Shown here in pieces: positions 38,601 to 51,415 of a stretch of DNA of 64,000 nt. The translations under genes were made by a program, and so were the position numbers. Position 1 is the stretch's first letter, and each line of letters opens with the position of its first letter. Where the stretch lies: NCBI GenBank assembly GCA_040437565.1, contig JBDOQK010000009.1:434001-498000 (forward strand). Reading direction: 5' to 3'. Source of the DNA: Albugo candida (taxonomy: Eukaryota). The notes under the pieces are model-generated. The model worked only from the letters and a program-made list of their open reading frames with translations, was not told the origin of the DNA and searched no databases.

Positions 38601-40686
38601 AGAAAATGTTCGGTCCAAGAACGCTTCGGGTCCTTTCTCGCGGTCAGTAGCTTGGTTGCTTGAGCTTTAGTGATAGTGGTCCGAAAAGTCTGGTGCAAAC
38701 ATTCCATGATGTATTGTAGCATCGGTTTCTGCTGCCACCAGGTGTCGAGTTGCTTGTGGTGATACCGTTCCGCATTGCCNNNNNNNNNNNNNNNNNNNNN
38801 NNNNNNNNNNNNNNNNNNNNNNNNNNNNNNNNNNNNNNNNNNNNNNNNNNNNNNNNNNNNNNNNNNNNNNNNNNNNNNNCGGGTCTTTACACATACGCTC
38901 GATAGTGTCATACGACAAATGAGCCATACGTTGATGGAACTGCATTAGCGTGCCGACTTGCACATCTTTATCATCGCTGACAGTCGATTCTTCATATATT
39001 ACCGCCATAATCACATCGCGTGCACTCGTGGGCGGGCGTTTTGATTCGACTTGAAGCACTAGCTCGTTATCTTTCATTTGTACATCAAACACCGCCGCAC
39101 CACTTCTGGAATGCACTAGTGACCGGGAACCATCCACATATGCAAGTTTGAGACCCTTTTTTCTCCAGCTTTCCATACGATATAATATTCCTCGTAATTG
39201 ATGGGAAAAGGTGGGCATCAGTTAATCTTACGGTACGAGGTTCCCCAGCTACAGTTACATGAAGCAGATCTGAACCAACCATCGTGACACGCAGTGATTT
39301 TCAATCCGGTAACATGCATCCGGTGTCACAATCACCAGGTTCCTAAAGCATTTTTTGGTCGTTCACAAAATGTCGACTGGACCCGCTGTCCAAAATCCGC
39401 TGATCCTGAACAATTTCTTGATCACCAACTACAGCGAGAATCACATGAAAACCACCACGTTCGTGTCCTTTTCCCCCACCCTTTTTTTCTTCTTTCCACT
39501 ACAATCAACTGCAATGTGCCCAACATTGTTGAAATTGTAACAAGTTTGGGTATCTTTTCGTGGCTGTTCTGCTCCTACATGCAGCACAGCATCCTTCCCG
39601 ATAGACTTTGCACCATGCACATCAGTTTTAATCGCTGGCACGAAATGGGCCATCTCCTCGGCGTGTCGCAAATAATCCGTGCGATAATTATCGTATATAG
39701 CCATAAGTACGTGTCGTAGGTCAGTTGATGCGTATTGAACGATATTTTCGAGCACTAGCGTCTCTGTGCCACCCGTCGCATCACTCACAGCGACTAGATA
39801 CAGAAAATGTTCGGTCCAAGAACGCTTCGGGTCCTTTCTCGCGGTCAGTAGCTTGGTTGCTTGAGCTTTAGTGATAGTGGTCCGAAAAGTCTGGTGCAAA
39901 CATTCCATGATGTATTGTAGCATCGGTTTCTGCTGCCACCAGGTGTCGAGTTGCTTGTGGTGATACCGTTCCGCATTGCCACTCAGGCAATGCCCCAAAA
40001 GGTCAGCCTTGACTCCTTCTGACCACTAGAAACCACACGCAATCTGATCCAGCACCAGCTGTCGAACGAAACGATGAACCCAATCCAAAAATTAAGAACC
40101 TAGCCCTTCGTAGAGCTCCTTTACGTCAAATGGGCGAATAGACAGTTTTCTCTGCCGAGCATCAGGTACTCTAACCCCAACCATTTGAGGTGAGTTATGA
40201 CATGGTGGTGTGTTGGGTGGTATCGGTGCTTGCTGCGGCATCTGAGCCTGAGAATTGATTGACCTTGCCTCATGGCTTCATATTCCTGATGCTGACGGTA
40301 AATCGAGCTCTGAAAATATGGTACCCTTTTTACTGGGGCTTGGGCCAGGTGGAGGCGTCTGTAAGAGCGCGCTCATCTCTATGCGCGACAAGGCAAAACT
40401 TCTCCCAAACGCCGACTGAAATACACCAGTTTCTTGAGCGCCCCTCATGCGCTCGTCCTCTTGCCTCTTGATTTCTGACATCTCTAGCCGACTCATGCGT
40501 TCTTGCATGGCCGTCAGTGCCTCGAGTATCTTGGGATCCAAATCACTAGAGGCACTTCTCACCTCAGGAGCATCTGCCACTGTTGTCTCGTTGGGTGCAT
40601 ATGTGTCGACCTATACGAGGCCGTCTGGTGTCGTTTCTGCGCGCTCGGCGCACGTGGGCACGATAGACGTCTTTGGGATCATAACC

Positions 40687-40838
40687 TATACAGCCTGCCT
40701 GCCTCTTTCTTTTTCGTGTAACTGTGAAACTGCTATTAACTTTTATCATATGCATTTCTTATGCGACCTGTCCGCATTCAACCTACAACATCGCGCACTA
40801 TTTCAAACAGCACGGTCATTAAAGGACATATTCCAACA
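40687..40838 (-). repeat. 5' LTR of the Copia element
   Basis: Starts TGTTGG on the minus strand and is followed directly by PBS GGTTATGATCCCA. Confidence 0.85.
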
Positions 40839-41006
40839 GAAGGCAGTTGAATGTGTTCAGATCTATTCATAGAGATTCGGTTTTATGCGGGTATGCGTGG
40901 CAAGAAATTCGCTTTTTTAACGTGTTGTTGTTTGTCAACATTGATATACCTCGAAACATAATAGATCGAACGAGCAGCAGCAATTTTCTTTCCACTAAAA
41001 AAAGAA

Positions 41007-42524
41007 GGGAATTGCTAACCTCAACCCATGCATTCTTTAACCAGTCATATTTCATCATTTAAGTTAGTCATTTTTGATTGATTTGATAAAGTTGAACTTG
41101 ATGCAGGACGCAACCTGCAACTCCAGGCATTCTTTCGTGTTGCTTGACAAATACTGCATCTGTGAAGGCAACGATTTGTGGATTAGAAATCCGAATTTGA
41201 TTTTCTGCCTGGACATATTCAAAGCTGAAGAATCTCTTTGTGTTGAATGATTGCGTGAACCTGATGACCTGCCTCTTCTCCTGATTGGTGGAGGATCTTG
41301 GTTTGTTGTGATTGTGTCTAATTTTTCACGAATTGTAAATGTGGTATTGCTGACGAAGTAGCTCCAAAGTTAGCAAGTCAAATTTTTCTGNNNNNNNNNN
41401 NNNNNNNNNNNNNNNNNNNNNNNNNNNNNNNNNNNNNNNNNNNNNNNNNNNNNNNNNNNNNNNNNNNNNNNNNNNNNNNNNNNNNNNNNNTTTCTGCCTG
41501 GACATATTCAAAGCTGAAGAATCTCTTTGTGTTGAATGATTGCGTGAACCTGATGACCTGCCTCTTCTCCTGATTGGTGGAGGATCTTGGTTTGTTGTGA
41601 TTGTGTCTAATTTTTCACGAATTGTAAATGTGGTATTGCTGACGAAGTAGCTCCAAAGTTAGCAAGTCAAATTTTTCTGGCCTTTTTATATCAATGTTGT
41701 AGATTGGCAATGATAGGTTGATGGGGATTATCTGCTTGAGCCACCATTGTGAGTCGACGTCTTCTTTTGCAAGTGGTATGTTGTGTTGAATAGGGACATA
41801 ACAGCGTTTTTTAACAAGTAAATCTTCCAAAGGTATGTGACCACCAAGATCCTTCCTGCGTAAAGCTAACGTGATGTTATTAACATCTTTTAATGTAGCA
41901 CAGACGATTGCCCATTCAATTGAAGCATTGATAAGATTGTTCTGGGAGAGACAGCAGCATTGTGAAGTGAAGCCACGGCTGACATGCAGTATTCCATAGC
42001 CTGCATACAGAAGTATATGCACTAAGGTGCACAAGTTCATGGTTGCGAGTACTATTTTCTATCTCCAACTGTTCCTTCCTGCACTTTTAAGTGACTTGGA
42101 AAGCACAGTTAAAACAATCATGGATTAGTTTCCTCGCGTTTTTGGGGTGTTCTGGGTCGTGATGACTACCAGCATGCTCGAATTTTTAAAATTTTTCTCG
42201 CACTTCGTTCTCAGGACGGTTTCCGACTTTTCTGGATCGTGCAAGTTTCACTGGAAAGCCGTCAGAGAGTGCCGCAGCTCTAATTGCTTGTTCACCGTCC
42301 TCGAGAGAGATCCACGTCAAGGTCAGAAGGCTGGGGATAGACATTTATTCGGGAAGGTAGATGATTGACGGTAGATTCGATGTCAAAAACGCCAACCGAT
42401 ATTATTCATAATTGATTACTATGACCAAGAGTGACTGGCTAGATTATGAATGATGAAATTTGATTAGTTAAAAAATCCATGGGGAGACTTCAGTAAAATG
42501 CGAGGGTGAGTTTAGCGATTTCCT
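41007..42524. mobile_element. Mutator-like TIR element, same family as 29438-30368
   Basis: 41040-41295 closely matches 29495-29745. Termini GGGAATTGCTAACCTCA / TGAGTTTAGCGATTTCCT are inverted. Internal transposase remnant includes DSQWWLKQ. Confidence 0.75.
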
Positions 42525-42949
42525 TAAAAGAGTTGTTTCGATTGTTAATCAAGCTGTAAACGTGATGACATAGGATACGCATCCTTCTTCCGTTGGGTTT
42601 GTGAGTGATATTAGCCATTTAATTTACCCATGCAAAAAATACTAGAGTAGAGCTGTATATACTCCGACTCAGTTCTGCCTAGTTTTCAAGCTATATGCTA
42701 CTCTATACAGGAGGTAAATCTGACTAAGCACGGTTGCGACGTTCAACAGGGGATGTGGATATGATGGATGTATCGGGGGATAACCGTGTCTCATATGCAC
42801 CGCAATTACCAAAACATCCAATCTACACAGGGGAGACGTCGCGGGATAGGGCGAGCTCGTAAACAAATATCAGGCATATTACAATACATTGCTCGCTTAT
42901 GAGACGTGTCAAAACAAGCCTTTTGCTATGACGGTAATAGCTTACGTTG

Positions 42950-45900
42950 ATGCTTGGACACGTACACAAAACATCAAATCCGAAATGTGCAAACAACCGG
43001 GAGAGTTGATTATGGAGGATTGAATCAACTATTTCAGACAGGCTATTACAACGGATTCGTAATTGTTGGGCAAACTGTTCATATGATGAGAGAATTCAAG
43101 ATGGACATGCGATAAATGGATGCTGATCTCGAATTTCACGACTTAAAACACAAATCTACCGCGCTTTGAAGGAAGAAGGTCTGCAACATTGCGTGGAGCA
43201 GGTGGATTCGAAGGATCGTAAATTAGATGGTTAAAGGTTTATATCCTGCGGCTTTAAACAAAAATTTTGGAGAAGCTAAATATGGACACCAATAAACATT
43301 TGAATAGAATTCAGGTGGCGTTCTACCAATGCTGTCTAGTACAATGGAGAAGCTTCATGGATGGGAACCTGAGGCTACCTCTTGATTTCAATACGAAATG
43401 CTGCGTCTACGAAAACACGATTGTCTCCTGTTCAGCAATGACGTGGTCCTGTTCAGAATAATATGCCTAAAAAAGTGGAGAATGGGCAACAAGTGTCACA
43501 ATTGGGTCTGCCGCATACCAGAGTCGAATGTTTGAAATGTAAAAGCGCGGAAAATTCGGTCAGAAGATGCCCGCTGTGCGTACCAGGTAAAAGGGAATCT
43601 CTTAAGGAAGCGAAAAAGCAATCGTGAAGGATATTATACCGATCCACAGAACATGAAGAAAGCTGCTTGAGTGAAAGAGAAGGGGACTTCTTCGCTACCG
43701 TGGATGGCATAACAAATGTAGATACGTTATTGGACTCTGAGTTGGATTGCAAGATCGTGTCCGTGGGATCGTGGGCGTCTTCGAATTAAAGAATTTGTTC
43801 GTGTGAGTCAATACAGCACGCCAATGAAGATACATACTCCTGGAGACACGCCAATATGGATAAAGCGTCAAGTTTTGTTGGATTGTGTAGAATTTTCAAA
43901 GTCGAGTGGAGCTCTTATGTGGAGAAATCTGGAGGTGGTGGTCAATGAAAAAGCCTAGTCTCTAACGCGATTGATTGATCAGAGCATGATGGAGCTAATG
44001 GGATATTCCACCAATGCTATTTTGGGAGCAGCAAAATAAGGGACGCTCCGGGGAACAAAGATAGTACTGAAGTTAGTATCTTTTAATGTAGTGTGTTGAA
44101 AAAATGCCAGGGAGTGTACTATGCCAACTACAACAGCGAGCTTAATTAGATAAAAACCTATATGATGTAGCCAGAGGCGGTCAACGCTTAGAACCAAAGA
44201 GATGCAGTTCAGGAAATTCTCGAGTCAAAAGTCGTCCAATCAAGAAAAAAGAGAGAAAAAGAAATTGCTTTCGCGACTGACGTTATTATCTTATAGGTAT
44301 CAGGATCGTTTTAGGGTGGATCTCGCAGCGGATCCCCCACTAAAAGTACCTCCCCTCAAGATTCAGATAAAGGAAGTGATTGAATTAGTGATGGCAACAT
44401 CTAGACAGTTTCCGCCTTTACACCGACTTTCGTTGAAGGAACATCTGCCCAGTCCGGAAGAACACAGCTTGATGTATCGGATTTCTGACTCATGCTGGAG
44501 TAGCGTGGCGAACTGTTGCAAAAAAAGACGTCGACAGCTATCTAATTACGGCCGAACTGCTTGCAGTAAACGAGCTGACAATTTAAAAGGCGTGGCTATT
44601 GCCACACTTGGAAGAGGTTCTCCCGAGGCTCGATGGATCACGCGGTTTTTTTCGCTGTATTTTATTCATTTTTACTGGCAACTACCGCCACATAAAAGCA
44701 GTCGTGATTGTTTTACTGTGATGACACCACAAAGGCTTAATACGGGAAATAGAGTTGTTATGGGTTCAGCAGATGCTATAACTTTTGCAAAGCGGGTTGC
44801 TGAGCGAGTATTGAAACCCGTTCTGAATCATGGTGTACAGTTATGGCTGGACGACGTTTTAGGATATGCGGAAACAGAAACGAAATTTCTTGATGTTCTG
44901 AAGACCGTTCTTGAAAGCTGTGAGAATTTTGGTGTGAAGCTCCATCCAGAAAAGTGTCGTTTTCTCTCTTTCTCAACTGTGTGGTGTGAAAGAAGATTGC
45001 AGCGAATGGATTGAGTCATTGTGACGATTGGGTTCAAGGATTATGCGAGGTCGGACGACCACTCATCGCTGCAGAGCTTTAGTAATTTCTTCTCGTTGTG
45101 AATTGGATGCAGAAAAGTATACCAGACCACTCGGCGCTGGTACAAAGCCTTGGTGATTGTTTGAAAGAGCCATGAAGTGGCGGGAAGCAGCGAGAAAAGA
45201 AATCTGGTGCAAGTCCGATTAGATGAATATGAATGGGGGAAAACGCACGACCATTGTTTTCGATTGATAAAGTACTCACTCTGCGCGATGGTGTCGATGG
45301 CACACCCGAAGGAGGATTGGGAGCGATGTATCTACATGGACTCCCCTCAAGGTCAATGGGAGCTATTGTTACTCAAGTGGGGTCGTGAGAGTTGGAGAAA
45401 CCACTCTGAAATCAAGTACCACTCGTATTTATAAGTAGATTTGTAGAAAAAGCTACAGCACGTTGATAAACGGTAGAGAAGAAAGCTTTCTTCATTATGG
45501 AGACGTGTAAACGATTGGAGTATCTTTTTACTGGAAGAGAAAGGTTCCATCTTTTCACTGAAAAACGAAATTTAAAAACTCATTTTCGGTCCAAAACATG
45601 GATACCGCCATTGCAAGATATAAATCGTACAAGATTCAGAGACGAGTAATGTACTTGCAAACGTTTCGTTATGTGATTGTATATGTATCTGTGATTGAAA
45701 CTGTCAGGGTGGATATCCTATACCGGCGGCTATCGCAAAGTGAAGGGGTGAAACAAAAAAGGACCAAATGTTATGCTCTGGCTGTTGAACAAAAGGTATC
45801 CCCTGCGGAAGATACTGCTTTTGAATAGCCGTCGCTGGAGGAAATCGTGGTGCTCCTATCAACTCCGGAAGAAAGCAGTCTCGCGTAAAAATTCCATTAT

Positions 45901-47290
45901 CGAAAGATAACCAGTGCAGTGTATTATTGGATACGAACAGCCGCCTTTGGATTCCAGATAGTGCCGTCAGTGTCGCGCAACATTTCAGATATTGTCAAAG
46001 CATCTAACATGGAGCTCGATGAATCGTTGCGTGATGGAATTTGTGCTCCGATGTCTACACTGCCCTTAATCGCAAGAAGAAGATATCTTCGCTCATTTGA
46101 AGGAACTATGAGAGCCACCAAATCCAACAAAATCTTACATTTCGAATTTTTTTTTAATGTCTTCATGTGCTCGAGAGTATCTTACTGTATTGAAAGATGG
46201 CATGAGCGGGTTTTGTAAGCTTAATCCTAGTGTGGTGGCCAACACGAATGTCACCGTGGCAGCAATACTGGATTGATTTAAGAAGTATGGCTCGGTCTCG
46301 GTCTGGTTGCCTGATTGACGGACGAATTTTAAGAATAAAGTCTTGTTTATGTCGAAACTTCTAAAAGTTCTCCGCACAAAACACCATTTCGTGATGGCGT
46401 GTTGTCCATCGACGACTGAGTAGGTCGAAGTACTGAACGATCATCTGCTTAAGACAATACGATATTTTTTGAGTGAGGGAAAGCTGAGGATTTCAGAATT
46501 ACTCAGTCTGTTGCCGCTCGTTCAATCGTCGGTAAATCAGCTACTATCGTCTCGGCTGAATGGATACGCACCGGCTACGGGTCTCACAGTCCTGCCGGGG
46601 ACCCGATCAGCGTGTTGTATCAGCCGACGGCATGGAATAATTTGGCGTCTATGACTGAGATAGAGTCGAATTTGAACCGGAAATACCCCATCAAAAGCCT
46701 TCAAGATACACTGGGACATATGCATCAGGCATTATCCGAGACTACAAAACTAAAGAACGAGGCAGCAAGATGCCGCCACAGCAAAAAAAAGGGCGTCATA
46801 TGTACCAATTATGAAATTGGGGATTTTGTACAATTCGGTCATGTCAGCAAGCACGCACATAAATTGGTCTTAGGTTGGAAGGGACCACATCGTGTGGTGT
46901 CTACATTGAACGATTGGGTGTACAAAATTCGGGAACTAGTGGACTACAATCCTCGCAAGCGTCACGGTACGCGCTTACAGATTCTCAAAGAAAGGTTCAA
47001 CCACACCCGGAACATTCACAATTGAATTCTTATCTAAAAGTCATATCATATTCGCGAATGGCGTCCATTTGGTAAAACGATTCTCAGAGTGCCTTATAAA
47101 TCTCGAAACAAAGACATGGAAAATTCTGCTCGATTTTATCGGGCTAGATAGCGCGGATAAGAGCAGGTAGCCCGCTGCTATAATGCATGAAGATGTTTCG
47201 GTCCCTCTCTGGAATAAGTTGGAGGCAATCCAATAGCTGAAGCGACATGGCGGTCTACTTAGGGCGAAGCTCGACGGATAAGGGAGAAGT
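42950..47290 (+). mobile_element. Degenerate Ty3/Gypsy retrotransposon, probably chromovirus-like
   Basis: Order is gag knuckle (CLKCKSAENSVRRCP ~43530), protease (LLDS), RT (YWQLP, VMGSADA, LWLDDVL, KLHPEKC), RNase H, integrase with WKGPHRV (GPY/F), a chromodomain-like tail and purine tract AAGGGAGAAG ~47280. LTR pair not resolved. Confidence 0.9.
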
Positions 47291-50200
47291 TATGGGATCT
47301 AAATACCTTGTATTCCGTACGAATTGAGTATTGCGTAGAAAACAATCCCGATTAGCTCAAGTGCGGTAGTTATAGAATGCCTACACGTAGAATTTTTGCT
47401 TGATCTTAGCGGTGATCGACACGGAGAAACAGCTACAATCACGGAAGCCGTCTATGACCTTTGATATATATATCTGAGTTATTCGGCAAATGTGGGAGTC
47501 AGGAGCAAGCCCCGAGTAGAAGAGCAATTTGACACCCAGCTTATATAGGAATCTGGTATGAGCTGCTCCTGCTAAATGGAGTCCAGTCTATCGAAATTAG
47601 AGACGAAATGCAGATTAAGTTGGGAAAGAAGAGCGATGAACTGCTTTCAACGAGCGTGGCATTAGAATGACTCTGAGCCATCTACGGAGGATCACTAAAA
47701 TCTGCACTGCAGTTTTAGCCATATAGATATTCAGACCGAGAATCTGAAAACGATTTTCTCCTTTGCAGCAACTCCGTTGTATATTATTAGTTCGAAAGCA
47801 CAGCTTTTGAATTCGATGGTCAAAGAATTGCATGCTACCTGCTCTTCCTTCTATTTGAAATCTCAAAGATAAAACTGGTGTGTACGCTTAGTTCAGATCT
47901 ACAGCGATTCATTGAAGATGTTGCCAATACCATGCGTAAAAGACTTCATGACTTGCAATCGAGTCGCACTCAATTTTCCCTTCGCGCGACTTCCATTTAA
48001 TCGTCCTCTTATTCGTCGAAAGTGATAGTAATTTGCAAAGGTAGTTGTATACATATATAGCGCAACATCAATTCAGATGTTCGAGATTTCGTCCAACGGA
48101 CTTCGAAATCAGTGGCCTGTGCATTCCAATTCTCCTAACGTGTAGGATACATGGAAGTTATCTTATCACTTCGCTTGTAACACCGGCTCTAAATTTGGGC
48201 TGAAATGTCGCGCGGCAGTCTTATGCGTGATACGTTTGGATACGTTTGACTTCAAGTTGATGAAAATCTCGCTGGAGGCTCTACTTCCATAAGTTTTATG
48301 ACTAGTAAACTTTAAGGAGGAAACTGACTACATAGGTGAGAATGAGGCCGACGACCACGCTTGGATGTTCTGAATGCCATGCACGTCTACACTATTTAAG
48401 GAAAGTATCTCCAGATAAAACCACGATAAGACTGAACCATATTGCCACAAGATTTCAGGGGAGATTCTGTTAGAGACAAAATACGAATTTGCTTAGTTAC
48501 CTACTATCTAACCTTTCTCGTTTCACGACCATCACTTCCACGACCACCTCTAGCGTCTTATGCCGTACAGATTCCGAGAGTGGGAGCCAAAGTTTGCATG
48601 TTGTTGCAATTACAATACATCTCCTCGGTTATCCTGAATCAGTCCTCTTTCCCTATCCAAATGAGACAGTTCGAACAACATGGTATGAAATGGGTAATAG
48701 CCTTGGTGAGCAGATGGGCTATCATGAGCCCCGACCCTACGTACTCCAGTCTCACTATCACTTCTCAAGGTCCGGTATAAAATTCACACGAAGGTCCACA
48801 TGCTTCTCGCAATTCATACTATGTTGCGACTCTATATTGTCGGAAGTCGAACGTGTTGCGTCGCCGTTTTGGCTTCCCGAAAGTCATACGTGATGTAGCG
48901 ATTAGCACCAGTCGTTACTCTCGAAGCGAGTCGCTGAGTTCGGGCATCTTTTACACTGGGGATAGATAGAGGAGAAGTAAGGTGAAGAAGATACAGCGAG
49001 GGGCCCGGTCTTTAAGATATACAAAAAACAAATTTTGAGTGTAAAGTGCCTACCTTGTTACATATATTTTGTATGGTAGCCTGGTTGTTCCTCTTCATGA
49101 CTAAGGTCTCACTTACGGGAGCCTAATTATCTTAACAGCTCTGGAAACTCGAGTAAACCCATTCAAAATCCGACAGTGATTTCAGCTCCTTCTCAATAGT
49201 AGAAGTATAACAGGTTTACACGTCGGTTAGTAACCGTACTTATGTGTGGTACACATTTAGGACGCTTTGGGAGTTGACGCGTGTCAGCCACCGGATATTA
49301 GCGCTAGATTAGAAACGTTTAGTGTAAAATACTCTTCTATAAAAAAAAGTTAGCTCCCCTTCTGATCAATTAGAGACACGTGCCTGGTTAAGGCGTCTCA
49401 GATCTTGTACACTTTGTGTTGGTGATTCCCTAAAATCGTTAGGTCCCTTGAACAAGGACCTTAATCTCTTGAGCTTGTTGACTCGTTGAGTCGAATTCCC
49501 TTAACAACTAAATTGCTCGTCGAGCAAATATCCTTCCTCTGAGAAAGAGCTGTAGCAGCTCCGCAACAATAATCATCACCAAGTACCGAACTTCTTTCTT
49601 GCTTATCCACTGCGTAATCGTCACCGCTACAGTTTCTCAGCTCTTCCCGTGTTTCTTCAGCCACGTTCCCGGCCATCTTTTTGGCGAGTGTCGGTTCGAT
49701 ACGCCGAGAAACTGATCTCCGGCTTGTGTGCCACGACAAAGAAAGTAGACTAAACACAAGCGTTTAGAAGTCCCGCACGTTGTTTCTCCACGATCATTAT
49801 TTTCCGTGCGTACTCGAACTCCACTCCATTTACTGTTCGTATTGCTCGTCTCTTATAGGGCTGTGCACTCCGTTTTGCTCGCATTCGTGTTACTACAGAA
49901 ACTCCCCGATGGTATCCTCTTGATATTTCGTGCAACCATCCCCATCTGAGAATCCCTCCCTCATACCGATGCACTTAGACATCGTTTGCTACTACAGTTG
50001 GTTGGTTAGCTACGTTATCGTTTTTTACTAATATGTAACTATCGAAGAGCACAGTCGAAGTCCTGGCCAGTTCTTCTCTGTTATACTTGACCTTCTTTGT
50101 AACTTCCCTACATCCTCAAAACGATCGTTCCAATCGCGCTGACGTTTTTTTTTACCATGCTGGTGTGTGTCGCAGTGGCTAAAGGGTCATCGACATGTAC

Positions 50201-51415
50201 TTCTAACATGATCCTTTCGTAACTGTAGCTTCAACCTTATTTTTTCTGACGCGCTCATCTTCTGCAACTCTCGTTTCGGTAATACCATCTCCTCCGGGGC
50301 TATCAGGTAGAGGTCAAGGTTGTTTACTTTATTAGCCTTCACGTACGAGTTGGCGATACTGCGCATCCTCTCCAAACATCCTTACCTACACGCAAATGAC
50401 AGTGTCATCTTCAAAGTGCTGACCTCTGCCATGGCTGGAAATGTCAGGGCGTACTCCAAGCGAAGAGATTTTTATAAACGCTCCAATGCACTATCAGCAT
50501 CTGTATTCGACTTCTGCACCTATTTGGGTTGTATGAAGTGGCTGTCATTGGGCAGATTCACCACCACCTGGGCCACGTTCTCATTGAGGGCACGAAGCGC
50601 TTCTTGCCTTGCGTTGACTCAGCTCTAGTTTTGGCCACCTGAATTACTTGCCTATTCTTTTTTAGCTATCAACCTCATGCACGCGATGCTATGCGTCTTG
50701 ATCTTGGTCCAACTCTCTTTTCGTGCGCTCCAGCGGCACTTTCTGGGTTTCCTTCCGTTTCTTTCATCGAGCATAATGATGCTTGCGTGTTCATCCGCTT
50801 TTCCGACCCGTGCTTGCTTTTGCCTTTCTTTCGCTCCTCTGCGAGATTCATTTTTCTGACTCACGTCTCTCTGATCTATCTGTATCTACTCGCTCTAGGT
50901 TAAGTGTGCTCGTCATAGTTGACCGTTCGCCCAGTTCTTAGCGCTCCCACGTTCCGTACATGCTGCTTTATAAAGCCTTCTTGTCCTTGGGAATCTGCAC
51001 GCGTTGGCCCTTCGTCTCTTCAGTTTTTCTCACAACAAAAACCTTTGCACTTCTCCCAAAGAATTGTTCTTGCGTCCCGGTAAATGGTCCATATGGAGCC
51101 AAACCGCAAGACTTTACCCAAAATCGAGATATTCTGGTGGCTTGCTGCAAGGAAGCCTTGCGTACCTAAGTTTGCTTTCCGGTACTCCGCATCAGAATAT
51201 AGGTGGATGAGTCAGAGAAGTCTCTCCAAGCATTGAGTAGTAATAAACAAGCAGAACTCATGTTTCGTACCATATTGACAATGGTGCGATTCATGCGTTC
51301 CACATAGCGATTTCTAGCCTTGTTTCACGTCCAGTGATTTTTCACGAAATCTCGGTATCTATAGAGGAAAGATCCAGAATTTTGTATTTCCCAGTCTCCG
51401 TTCGCAGTACTTGTA

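Larger units (their letters stand above)
34652..40838 (-). mobile_element. Full-length but degenerate Ty1/Copia LTR retrotransposon
   Basis: ~150-bp LTRs (40838-40687 and 34801-34652), PBS GGTTATGATCCCA next to the 5' LTR, PPT GAGAAGGAG and near-TSD GAAGA/GAAGG. Order is gag (CYNFNNVGHIAVDC knuckle), GAG-pre-integrase (HQRMAHL), integrase (RTDGGREY, NGKAERMHKT), RT (LKKTLHGLKQAG, YVDDLL), RNase H (LSTMEAEF, HIDIK). Confidence 0.95.

Noticed and set aside
38093-40872. Plus-strand ORFs of 141 aa (38093-38518, 39294-39719, 40447-40872)
   Set aside because: These are antisense shadows of Copia gag/LTR sequence, and one is an assembly duplicate.
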